Below, piece by piece: positions 1 through 9,988 of a stretch of 19,289 nt of DNA (position 1 is its first letter; each line of letters begins with the position of its first letter). The translations under genes were made by a program, and so were the position numbers. The notes under the pieces are model-generated. The model did not search any database. It was not told the DNA's origin and saw only the letters and a list, made by a program, of their open reading frames with translations. This DNA comes from Candidatus Binatia bacterium (lineage in GTDB: Bacteria > Desulfobacterota > Binatia > HRBIN30), in contig JBBRSP010000053.1 of the NCBI GenBank assembly GCA_038245295.1, forward strand, positions 1 through 19,289, written 5' to 3'.

Positions 1-20
1 CAAGTCCCGCCCTCGGCATT

Positions 21-135
21 CCCCCGCGCCCGCGCCCCTGCCCCCGCCTGCGTTTGTAGGGCCGAACTGGATCGAGATCTTTCCGATGTCGGGCAGGGGC
101 GCGGGCGGGGGCAGGGGCGGGGGCAGGGGCGGGGG
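21..135. repeat. GC-rich hexamer-arm hairpin element with conserved core, copy 1
   Basis: Arms of GCCCCT/GCCCCC-like and GGGGCA/GGGGCG-like hexamers; 28-43 is the exact reverse complement of 91-106 (16 bp). Core 46-90 (GCCTGCGTTTGTAGGGCCGAACTGGATCGAGATCTTTCCGATGTC) recurs at 13988-14032 and partly at 9857-9886. Confidence 0.85.
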
Positions 136-192
136 TTGAATGCATCCACTGCAGTCATTGATCCGGCACGGGAGGTTGACACTCTGGTCGAC

Positions 193-411
193 ATGAAACC
201 CTTCGACCATGAGAAGCTGGACGTCTATCGCGCCGCATTGGCGTTCGTTCGATCGGCGAAGCGTTTCCGGCCGAAGCTGGTTCCTGGAAACGCCGAGCTC
301 GCCGACCAACTCGACCGCGCCGCCTTATCGATCGTGCTCAACATCGCCGAGGGTGCGGGCGAGTTCGCTAGGCGAGAGAAAGCACGCTTCTATAGGATTG
401 CGAGACGACCG
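193..411 (+). pseudogene. Four-helix-bundle protein (23S rRNA IVP / Avd-like family), 3'-truncated
   Basis: ATG 193 gives MKPFDHEKLDVYRAA...LADQLDRAALSIVLNIAEGAG...EKARFYRIARR, the family signature (LxVY, DQLxRAxxSIxxNIAEG). Similarity stops at about codon 72; the frame then runs through unrelated Pro/Arg-rich sequence to 729. Confidence 0.85.
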
Positions 412-436
412 AGCGGTGTCGTTCACCGCTCGGTCG
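406..436. repeat. Perfect 13-bp hairpin at the truncation point of the four-helix-bundle gene
   Basis: CGACCGAGCGGTG-TCGTT-CACCGCTCGGTCG; no U-tract on either side. Confidence 0.8.
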
Positions 437-692
437 GCAACGCGCGCCAGAAGGTAACTCCGTACCTTCCGGGGCGATCGTCGCTCAGATCGCCCGAATG
501 TAGTCAGTTCCTACGCCGCAGCGCGCCATATCTTCCGGGCCTCTCGCCGATGATTAGGTGCGGTCCGTTGCCACCAATTCCACGTGGCGCCGCCGACCAG
601 AAATCGGTAGCTACTCTGCCGCCGCCATGGCCCGCTGGACGCGACGTCCGCATGCCTCGAATCGGAGTCGTCATGCGCGTATGTTGTCAAAT

Positions 693-3227
693 ATGGCGAC
701 ATCGTTCTGGACTTCTCCGATCGAAGTAAACCTCACGGCTCTCGGCACCTCTGCGGATGGCTTGACGCAAGTCGAAGCGGAGCGGCGGCTGCTGCAGTTC
801 GGCCCGAACCGCACTTCTGACACCCGTACCCTGACCCCGTTCCGGTTGCTGCTCAACCAGTTCCGCAGCCCGCTGGTCCTCCTCCTGCTGTTTGCGATGT
901 CGCTGTCGCTCTTCCTGGGCGAAACGACCGATGGCGTGATCGTTCTGGCGATCGTGCTGGGTAGTGCGCTGCTCGGCTTCTGGCAGGAGTATCGGGCGAG
1001 CAATGCTGTCGCTGACTTGTTGACGATCATCCAGACGACGGTGCCGGTGCTGCGCGACGGCAAGGAGGTCGAGCTGCCGCAGGACGCTCTCGTCGTCGGC
1101 GACGTAATTGTCCTCGCGGCGGGCGCTGCCGTCCCAGCCGACTGCCGCATCCTACGTTCCACCGACCTCTTCGTCGACGAATCGACGCTGACCGGAGAGA
1201 CGTATCCGGCCGAGAAGAACGTCGGCGACCTTCCCGAGGATACGCCGCTGGCGAAGCGGTCGAACGTGCTCTTCCAGGGCTCGCACGTGGTGAGCGGAAC
1301 CGGCCGTGCCGTAGTTGCGCAAACCGGTGCAGAGACCGTGTTCGGCGACATCGCCGAGCGGCTGCGGCTGCGCCCGCCGGCAACCGAGTTCGAGCGCGGG
1401 CTGCGGCACTTCGGCGGCATGCTGATCCAGATCACCTTGCTGCTGGTGATCGCGATCTTCGCCATCAACGTGTATTTGCAGCGGCCAGTCGTCGACTCGT
1501 TCCTCTTCGCGCTGGCGCTGGCGGTCGGCCTGACGCCGGAGCTTCTGCCTGCCATCGTCAGCATCACACTGGCGCGTGGCGCGCAGCGCATGGCCGCCGC
1601 GCATGTCATCGTGCGGCGTCTCAACTCCATCGAGGACTTTGGCAGCATGAACGTATTGTGCTCCGACAAGACCGGCACCCTCACCGAAGGCGTGGTGAAG
1701 CTGCACGCGGCCCTCGGTGTCGATGGTAATCCGAGCGACCGAGTGCTGCTGTACGCGGTGCTCAACGCCACGTTCGAGTCGGGTTTTCCCAACCCGATTG
1801 ATACAGCGCTGCGGGCGCAGCCCGGTCTCGACCTAACGGCGTACGTTAAGGTGGACGAAGTCCCCTATGACTTCATCCGCAAGCGGCTCAGTGTAGTCGT
1901 CGAGAGCCGCGCCGAGCCCGCCGCCGCGCAGCGGCATACGATGATCACCAAAGGCGCGTTGAAGAACGTGCTCGAGGTGTGCGTCGATGCGGAAGCCGGG
2001 ACGGGTGTTGCCGGCACGGTGCCGATGGCGGATGTGCATGCGGCGTTGCAGGAGCGCTTCGAAGCCTACAGTGAACAGGGATATCGCGTGCTCGGGGTTG
2101 CTGTTCGTGACGTGACCGGCGACCCCATCATCAACAAAGACGACGAGCAGCAGATGACCTTGATCGGTTTTCTTTTGCTCGAGGATCCCCAGAAGGCCGA
2201 CGCCCTCGCCGCCATCACCGAGCTCGCCCAGCTTGGCGTGCAGCTCAAGATCATCACCGGCGACAACCGTCTCGTCGCCGGCAAGATTGCGCGCCAGATG
2301 GGCTTGGGGCGGCCGACGGTGCTGACTGGTGAGGAGCTGCGTCAGTTGAGTGAAACGGCGCTACTGAAGCGGGTAGGGGAGGTGGACATCTTCGCTGAGA
2401 CCGAGCCGAACCAGAAGGAACGGATTCTGGCGGCGCTGCGCAAAGCCGGCAACGTGGTCGGCTATATGGGTGACGGCATCAACGATGCGAGCGCGCTGCA
2501 TGCCGCCGATGTAGGAATCTCGGTGGAGAGCGCGGTTGACGTCGCCAAGGAAGCGGCCGATATCGTCTTGCTGCGGCGCGACCTGCTTGTCCTGGCGGAG
2601 GGCGTGCGGTTGGGCCGGCAGACGTTCGCCAACACGATCAAGTACGTGTTCATCACGACCAGCGCAAACTTCGGGAACATGGTAAGTATGGCGGGCGCAT
2701 CGCTCTTCCTGCCGTTCCTGCCGTTGCTGCCGAAGCAGATCCTGCTCAACAACTTCCTCTCCGACGTTCCGTCGATGACCATCGCCACCGACACAGTGGA
2801 TCGCGAGCAGGTCGACCAACCGCGCCGCTGGGACATCCGCTTCATCCGTAACTTCATGCTGGTATTCGGCTTGGTCAGCTCCGTGTTCGACTACCTGACC
2901 TTCGGCGCGCTGCTCTACTGGCTGAAGGCGACGGAGCAGCAGTTCCAGACGGGCTGGTTCATCGAGTCGCTGATGACGGAGTTGTTCATCGTCCTGGTGA
3001 TTCGCACCCGTGGCCGCTTCTATCGCAGCCGCCCTGGGACGCTGCTGCTCACCACGACCTTCCTGGTGGCGGGAACGACGATCTTTCTGCCCTACACACC
3101 GCTCGGCGAATTGTTCGGGTTTGTGCCACTGCCGGTGGGTTTCGTCGCTTTGCTTCTCGTAATCACCGGCGCGTACCTATTGGCGAGCGAGCTGGTGAAG
3201 GGTTGGTTCTTCCGGCGCTTCGGTTAA
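693..3227 (+). CDS. mgtA: Magnesium-translocating P-type ATPase (P3B type)
   Basis: Motifs LTGET, AVGLTPELLP, CSDKTGTLT, DFIRKRLSV, ITGDN, GDGIND, SANFGN, FLPFLP..P.QILLNN, FQTGWFIES. Start uncertain (ATG 681 or 693); the ORF-track start at 558 is probably too far upstream. Confidence 0.88.
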   Translation: MATSFWTSPIEVNLTALGTSADGLTQVEAERRLLQFGPNRTSDTRTLTPFRLLLNQFRSPLVLLLLFAMSLSLFLGETTDGVIVLAIVLGSALLGFWQEYRASNAVADLLTIIQTTVPVLRDGKEVELPQDALVVGDVIVLAAGAAVPADCRILRSTDLFVDESTLTGETYPAEKNVGDLPEDTPLAKRSNVLFQGSHVVSGTGRAVVAQTGAETVFGDIAERLRLRPPATEFERGLRHFGGMLIQITLLLVIAIFAINVYLQRPVVDSFLFALALAVGLTPELLPAIVSITLARGAQRMAAAHVIVRRLNSIEDFGSMNVLCSDKTGTLTEGVVKLHAALGVDGNPSDRVLLYAVLNATFESGFPNPIDTALRAQPGLDLTAYVKVDEVPYDFIRKRLSVVVESRAEPAAAQRHTMITKGALKNVLEVCVDAEAGTGVAGTVPMADVHAALQERFEAYSEQGYRVLGVAVRDVTGDPIINKDDEQQMTLIGFLLLEDPQKADALAAITELAQLGVQLKIITGDNRLVAGKIARQMGLGRPTVLTGEELRQLSETALLKRVGEVDIFAETEPNQKERILAALRKAGNVVGYMGDGINDASALHAADVGISVESAVDVAKEAADIVLLRRDLLVLAEGVRLGRQTFANTIKYVFITTSANFGNMVSMAGASLFLPFLPLLPKQILLNNFLSDVPSMTIATDTVDREQVDQPRRWDIRFIRNFMLVFGLVSSVFDYLTFGALLYWLKATEQQFQTGWFIESLMTELFIVLVIRTRGRFYRSRPGTLLLTTTFLVAGTTIFLPYTPLGELFGFVPLPVGFVALLLVITGAYLLASELVKGWFFRRFG

Positions 3228-3491
3228 CCCCCAAGCCTAAGTACTCTCCGGCTCCGGGGCACGATTTCCATTGATAATTTGGCCCCCACCTCGGCGCATC
3301 CGCGAGAGATGGTGTTCTCGCAACCTGCAGGACTTCGAAGCGGCACCAGCAAGGTTGAAGTGGCAATGCAGTACGTTGGAGACCTTACCCCCAGGCCGCG
3401 GCCTCGGTGGCTTGGCTGGGGAGAGCGCCCGCACCCAGAATCACGTTTGAGCGTCCTGGGAAAGATCTGCCGATCAGTTGGAGGGACGGCA

Positions 3492-6400
3492 ATGTTTGTC
3501 GCTACGGCGTTCGTGCTGTCGAACTCCGCAGCGTGGGCGGTCATCGACGTCAACAAGAGCTTTGCGCCGATCAACATCTTCCCGGGACAGACCTCGACGG
3601 TGACGATCAACCTCTTCAACTCCCAAACCCTCCCGGCGACCAGCGCCACCTTTACGGACACGCTCCCGGCGAACGTCATCGCGACGTCGGTGCTCAGCAA
3701 TACCTGCGGCGGGACGCTGTCGATCACCCCGAGCACGCAGGTTTCGCTCAGCGGTGGCACGGTGCCGGCAGGGACCGGTGCGAACTCCGGTACCTGTGCC
3801 GTATCCGTTGTCGTCACCTCCGCCACGCCCGGAGCGTACGTCAACACGGTTCCGGTCGGCGGGGTGAGTACGAGCCTGGGATCGAACCCCGGGGCCGCCA
3901 GCGCCACCCTGACGGTGGCCACGGTGCTCGGCTTGACGGGTTCGAAGAGCTTCAGCCCGAGCACGATTCACGTCACCGGGCTGAGCACTCTGACGATCAC
4001 GCTTACCAACCCAAACATCGGCGCGCTCACCAACGCGACCTTCACGGACACCCTGCCAACGCCGCTGCTGATTGCCAGCCCGCTCGTGACCGGCGGGAGA
4101 CGTGCGGCGGGAGCGCCACCTTCACCGCTGCACAGGTGCAGTTGACCGGCGGGACCATTCCGGTCGCTCCCAACGCCAGCGGCTTCGGAAGCTGCACGAT
4201 CACCGCCACCGTCCTCGGCGACGGAACGGCGTCGGGCGCGCTAACCAACTCAATTCCAGCCGGGACCTTCAACGGCATAAGTTATGTCGCAACGAGCGCC
4301 ACCATACGGTGTTGGCCAGCCCGGTCACGGTGGCCAAGGCGTTCAGCCCGTCGACCACCGTGCAGGGCGGGACCAGCACCCTGACCATTACGCTCTCGAA
4401 TTCCAGCGGTCTGAACGCCAACATCACCTCGTTCACCGACAACCTGACCACGATGGGAACAGGCTTTTCTGTGGCGGCAAGTCCCGCGGCGTCGACGTCG
4501 TGCGGCGGAACCCTCACGGCGACCGCCGGGACCACCCCGATCACGCTTACCGGTGGGTCGATCCCCGCAGGCGGTAGTTGCACGATCAGCGTCCCGGTGG
4601 CCATCGCCGTTGGCGCTTTGACCGGCTCGCGGACCAACACCATCGCGGCGGGTGCTCCCACCACCAACCTCGGAAACAACCAGAACGCCGCCACCGCGAA
4701 CCTCACTGTGAGCCAGGCGGCGACGGTGGTGAAGGCCTTCTCCCCGACAACGGTGGTCGGCGGCACCGTGTCCCGCCTGACCATTACGATCAGCCATGCC
4801 AACGGCGCCGCGGCGTTCTCCGGCATGGGTATCACCGACACGTTGCCAGCGTCGCACACGGTCGCCGCGGTGCCCAACCTGACCTCCACATGCGGCGGCA
4901 GCGTGACGGCCGTTGCCGGGAGCGCCACCATCACCCTGACGGGCGGCACCCTCGGCACGGGCGCGACGAGCTGCAACATCGGAGTCGACGTGCAGACCCC
5001 GGCGACGACGGGAGCGGCGACCAACACCATACCCGCCAACACGCTCACGACCGCGCAAGGCTTCACCTACAACGCGGCGGCAAGCGCAACCCTGACACGC
5101 TCAAACGCGCCACCGGTCACGCTCAACAAGGCCTTCAGCCCCGTGGTCGCCAACGGCGGCGGCTCGGTCACCATCCAGGTGACCATCGCCAACACACAGA
5201 CGGGGGCGATCAACCTGACCAACGTCGGGCTCACCGACGTTCTGCCGTCCGGCGTCCAGGTCTACGCCACGCCCAGCGCCAACTTCACCGGCAGCGGTTG
5301 GCTCGGCGGCACCGTCGCCGCCGTTCCGTTCTCCAGCCAGTTCAGCCTCGGCGGTGCCAGCATCAGCGCCGCCTCCATCTGCACGATCTCCGTCAACGTG
5401 ACGTCGTACATCGATGGCAACCACACCAACGTCCTCGCGAGTGGCTCCCCGACGTCGGCGCAAGGGGTGACCAACAACAACGCGCCCTCGGCGACGCTGA
5501 CGATCCTACGCAACGTCAATGTCAGCAAAGTCTTCTCGACGAACCCTATGGAGCAGGGCGGCACAACAAACGTGGTCCTCCGCCTCTTCAACAGCAACGC
5601 CGGGCCAACCATCCTGAACACGCCGGGATTGACCGACACCCTGCCCGCAGGCCTCACCGTGGCTGCTAGCCCTGCGGCGTCGACGACCTGCGCCGGATCA
5701 ACCATATCGGCCCCTGTTGGGGGAAGCACGATCACGGTCAACGGCGGCACTCTGGTAGCCAGTTCGTTCTGCGACGTCACTGTCCCCGTGACGGCGGCGG
5801 CAACGGGCAATTACACCAACACCATTCCGGCGAATGCCGTCTCGACAGCTGGGAGCGCCACCAACCCCGATCCGACGACAGCGGTCCTCACCGTCGTCGC
5901 CAAGCCGTCGATCACCAAGGCTTTTAGCCCGACGTCGATTCCGGTCGGCTCGACGAGCACGATCACCCTCACGCTGTCGAACCCCAATACCGCCACGCTG
6001 CTCCCCACTGGCCTGACGGGGGCCAGCTTCACGGACAGCCTGTCGGGCATGTCGATCAACGCCAATCAGAACGCGGCGGGCACATGCACCGGCGCAGCCG
6101 CGAACAGCTTTACGACCGGCCAGACCAGCCTGAGCTTCTCAGCCCTCACCATTCCGGCCGGCACCCCCGGTACCTGCACCGTAACGGTGGTGGTGACGGC
6201 GAGCGCCGCCGGCACTTATCCCAACCAGGCTTCGGGCGTGCTCACGAGCCAGACCCAGACGGCGGGGAGCCCGAGTGCCAGCGTCAACCTGACGGTGCTG
6301 GCCTTCACGCCGACGATCGCCAAGAGCTTCTCGCCCAATCCCATCCTCGGCGGGGCGACGACCACGCTGGCGTTTGTAGTGTCCAACACGAATTCCGTGG

Positions 6401-8250
6401 CGGTCGCCTTGCCGAGTAATGCCTTCAGCGACGTCTTTCCGACCGTCCCGGGGGCGATGACGATTGCGAACACGACGACGACCAACACCTGCGGGGGGAC
6501 CATCAACAATTCGGCGAACGGCACCCTCACCGCCGGCGATGTGGGGATTCGTTACAATAATGGGTCGATCCCGGCCAACGGGTCGTGCACGATCTCTGTC
6601 AAAGTCACGGCCGGCGTGCCGGGCGTTTACAATAACGCGTCGACGGTCCTCACGAGTTCGAACGCGGGGAGCAGCCTCCTGCCGGCCACCGACGCGCTCA
6701 CGGTCCAGGCGCAGGCCGACCTGTCGGTGACCAAGACGGTGTCGAACCCGACGCCGCCGGTCGGTTCGACGGTCACCTTCACGGTCACGTTGAGCAACGC
6801 CGGCCCGGCTCCGACGACAAACGTCGCGGTGACCGACCCGCTTCCGACGGGCTACACGCTGGTCGTGGCCACCCCGTCGCAGGGCTCCTACAACAGCGGC
6901 AGCGGGCTGTGGACGGTCGGTACGGTCGGCGTCGGCGCGACAGCCACCCTGACCGTGCAAATGACGGTGAACCTCACCGGTCCCTACGGCACCAACACGG
7001 CCACGGTGAGCGCCTCGGATCTTACCGACCCCAATTCCGCGAATACCCAGGCTAGCGTGTTGCCCGTCCCGGCCCCGCCAACCAACACACCGACGATCAC
7101 CAACACGCCGACGCAAACACCGACGATCACGCAGACACCGACCCAGACTCCGACGATCACCAACACGCCGACGCAGACAGCGACGATCACACAAACTCCA
7201 ACCCACACACCGACCATCACGCAAACTGCCACGCAAACGGCGACAATCACCAACACGGCTACGGCTACGGCAACAGCTACCGCCTCCTCGAGTCCGACGC
7301 CAAGCACGACTTCTACATCTACGGCGACGCCGACTGTGAGCGCCACACCGAGCCTCACGTCGACCCGGACACCTCTTTCGCCTCCCGATCTCAAGATTAC
7401 GAAACGACACTCGGGTTCTCTGCGAGTTGGCCAGACCGGGATTTACACGATCACGGTCACCAACGTCGGTGCGGGGCCCACGAGCGGACCGCTCATCGTT
7501 ACAGATACGCTGCCGGTTGGATTCACGTTTGTCAGTAACAGCGGTGGTGGATGGCGTTGCGGCGTGGCAGGGCAGATTACGACGTATACCAACGCGATCG
7601 TCTTGCAACCCCAGGCAGTGACGTTCCTAACGATGACAGTGAGTGTGTCGAACCAGGCTCTGGCGGTCAGCATCAATACGGCGGCGGTGACAACGACCGG
7701 TGACCCGAATGGGTCGAATAACAGCGCCAGCGATCTGACCAATGTGGTCGGTGGTCTACCCAACCGACCGGCCGCAACCCTGACGATCACGCCGACGCGT
7801 CCGACGGGCCCAACCCGAACGCCAAGTGGTGTGCGGATCGCCACTCCGACCGCGAGCCCCCGACCCGGTATCATGGGCGTACGACTGGTCGCCGTCGGTC
7901 GTGTGCCTGCCGACAGCATTCAATACTATTCGATTGTCATCGTAGTCAGCGGGAAAGGGGTCATTCCTGACGTCAGGGCGACGATCAGCTTGCCTTCGGG
8001 AGCGGAGTATCTCGGGACGAACGTAACGCCGACTAGCGCCCCCGCGGTTGGATCGAACGGAGGCATGGTCACATGGTCGCTCGGCGATCTCATCGCGCCT
8101 GGAAACCAGCCGCTGAGCGTCGAGGTGCAGGTCCAGCGCGATCTGCCGTTCGGCACGCGGCTGCCGATAGAACTCATCGTGACAAATGGCTTCGGCAAGC
8201 TGAAAACCGTGCGCCGAACCAGCGTGGTGGGCAACGGTAACTTGCCCTGA
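3492..8250 (+). pseudogene. Large secreted/surface repeat protein (8 Cys-paired Ig-like repeats, DUF11-type domains, Thr/Pro linkers), two frameshifts
   Basis: GGAGGG RBS before ATG 3492 and an AxA-ending signal-like N-terminus (an earlier start such as 3366 is possible). One continuous repeat protein is spread over three frames, with switches at about 4098-4099 and 4305-4306. Eight ~130-aa units start K(S/A/V)F(S/A)(P/T); ADLSVTKTV and PDLKITK are DUF11-like starts. About 1586 aa if one base is restored at each site. Confidence 0.85.
7087..7266 (+). repeat. Coding tandem repeat, 6 x 30 bp (TPTITxTPTQ)
   Basis: Units TPTITNTPTQ, TPTITQTPTQ, TPTITNTPTQ, TATITQTPTH, TPTITQTATQ, TATITNTATA, with synonymous divergence. 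Confidence 0.9.
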
Positions 8251-8293
8251 CAGAGGCAGCGCCGGCTTTGCACGGCAATTCAGATGCTCGGCT

Positions 8294-8445
8294 TTCGAGA
8301 CGCCGCCAGAATCCTTAGAGACGGCCCCAGTAGAAGGTGCCTCCTCAGGGGGCGGCTCCTCAGGCCGAACGGTTACCTGGTTGAGTTCTAACCCTAATGT
8401 CTGTTCGCCCTGAGGAGGCCGACCGGCGAAAGCCGGCCTGGCGAG
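8294..8445. repeat. REP-like palindromic cluster (TTCGAGACG...CTCCTCAGG type), internally nested
   Basis: CTCCTCAGGCCGAAC (8356-8370) pairs with GTTCGCCCTGAGGAG (8403-8417), 1 mismatch. GCCGCC (8302-8307)/GGCGGC (8351-8356) enclose a second GAGACGG...CTCCTCAGG unit. CCGGCGAAAGCCGG hairpin at 8423-8436. Confidence 0.7.
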
Positions 8446-8550
8446 TCTATAAACCGATGCTCATCGAGTTTGGATGGCCGGTTCTCGTTGTGGGTTCTCG
8501 ATTTTCGATTCTCGATGCGTTGGGCCGGTGAGTCGTGCGAGCATCCCCAC

Positions 8551-8637
8551 CAACTCGGTGAACACCTCGCCACGTTCGACACCGATTTCAAACGCCTACT
8601 CGGGCGCACGCAGGTCACGGTGCTCGCTCTAGGCTAA
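8551..8637 (+). pseudogene. 3' remnant of a PIN-domain (VapC-like) toxin gene
   Basis: Not in the ORF track; reads QLGEHLATFDTDFKRLLGRTQVTVLALG-stop. LATFDxDF resembles the last strand and acidic motif of VapC PIN domains. No N-terminal part or antitoxin is visible upstream. Confidence 0.55.
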
Positions 8638-8690
8638 CCCGCACCTACTCCACCGGGGAGATGCGCGCGCCGGGAGCCGTGTGCCCGGAT

Positions 8691-8768
8691 ATGCACCGCG
8701 TGTAAGGCGGTGAATCTTGCCTTCTGCGGCGATTGTGCGCAGCATTCTCCGCAGAAGATGCGGCGAAT
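8691..8768. promoter_or_regulatory. Two 25-bp operator-like palindromes upstream of the Fic gene
   Basis: ATGCACCGC-N7-GCGGTGAAT (8691-8715) and ATTCTCCGC-N7-GCGGCGAAT (8744-8768); the second overlaps the ATG at 8767. Confidence 0.65.
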
Positions 8769-9988
8769 GTATATCCATGAGCGACGAGACTGGCCTCGGT
8801 TCCATTGGAATGGCCGCCCGCCTCGCCGGTCCGTTGGCCGCTGTGCGCCATCAGCAGGGGCGAATCATCGGCCATATGGAAGCGCCGGGCTTCCCGCTCA
8901 GGCAACAGGCGGTGCTGGAAACTCTGACCGCCGATGTGATTGAGACGAGCGAAATCGAGGGAGAAAAGCTGGATGCCGAGCAGGTCCGTTCCGCTATCGC
9001 GCGCCGGCTCGGTATGGATGTCGGCGCATTGACGTCAGCCGACCGTGACGTCGAGGGCATCGTTGAGATGATGCTCGACGCGACGCGGCACTATGACCGC
9101 CCTTTGACGGTCGAACGGCTCTACTCCTGGCACGCCGCCCTGTTCCCAACTGGCCGAAGTGGCATGACGACGATCGCCGTCGGCAGATGGCGCGCTGACG
9201 ACAACGGTCCGATGCAAGTTGTTTCCGGTCCAATCGGCAAGGAACGCGTGCACTTCGAGGCACCGGCCGCACGACGCCTGGAACCCGAGATGCGAGCGTT
9301 CCTCGACTGGTTCAACGGCCCCGCTGATCTGGATCTTGTTCTGAGAGCGGCATTGGCCCATCTTTGGTTCGTCACAATCCATCCGTTTGATGACGGCAAC
9401 GGCCGCATGCCGCGCGCGCTCGCTGATATGCTTCTGGCGCGCTCCGAGAACAGCCCACAGCGGTTCTACAGTATGTCGGCGCAGATCCGCCGAGAGCATA
9501 CAGCCTACTACGAAATTCTTGAGCAGACGCAGACGGGATCGATGGACATCACGCCGTGGATGGAATGGTTCCTTTCCTGTCTAGGCAGCGCCATCGGCGG
9601 CGCCCGCACCATCCTCAGCGGCGTGCTCGCGAAGGCGAGCTTCTGGAAGCGCTTTCACGACGTCCACGTCAACGATCGCCAGCCCCTCGCGCTGAACCGG
9701 ATGCTCGATGGCCTGGACGGCAACCTGACAACTTCGAAGTACGCGAAGCTCGCAAAATGCTCCCCAGATACAGCATTGCGCGACGTCCTGGGGCTCATGG
9801 AGCGCGGCATGCTCGTTCGCAATAGTGCCGGCGGGCGCAGTACCAGCTACGCGCTAGCCGAAGCGGATCGAAATGTTTCCGATGTCAGTCGGGCAGGGGC
9901 AGGGGCAGGGGCAGAGGCCGTCGTTAAGTTAGCGGGGGTGAGGGCCAATGCGGAGCCTCGTCATACCGGCGGAGGAGACTGTCGGTAA
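8767..9988 (+). pseudogene. Fic family protein (N-terminal DUF4172-like region, Fic domain, C-terminal HTH), frameshifted
   Basis: Family-type N-terminus MYIHERRDWPRFHWN starts at 8767 in a different frame from the body (shift at about 8810-8813). Fic motif HPFDDGNGRMPR. The expected C-terminus GGRSTSYAL near 9856 has no stop and reads through repeats to 9988. Confidence 0.85.
9857..9918 (+). repeat. Hexamer-arm hairpin element, copy 2 (right half only)
   Basis: GCCGAAGCGGATCGAAATGTTTCCGATGTC matches 61-90, followed by a GGGGCA hexamer tract. Confidence 0.8.

Noticed and set aside
193..411. Diversity-generating retroelement (Avd-like gene)
   Set aside because: No reverse transcriptase and no template/variable repeat pair differing at adenines was seen in the window; the gene is truncated.
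437..692. Mg-sensing riboswitch or Pro-rich leader peptide upstream of mgtA; short direct repeat at 460-485 and 526-551
   Set aside because: No recognisable M-box or mgtL features by eye, and the repeat is short and imperfect. An Rfam scan would be needed.
136..729. 197-aa ORF as an intact gene
   Set aside because: Only 193-411 is family-like; the rest is read-through that overlaps the mgtA start.
4090..4310. Programmed frameshifting or phase variation in the surface protein gene
   Set aside because: No slippery heptamer, homopolymer or short tandem repeat at either shift, and two successive shifts would be needed.
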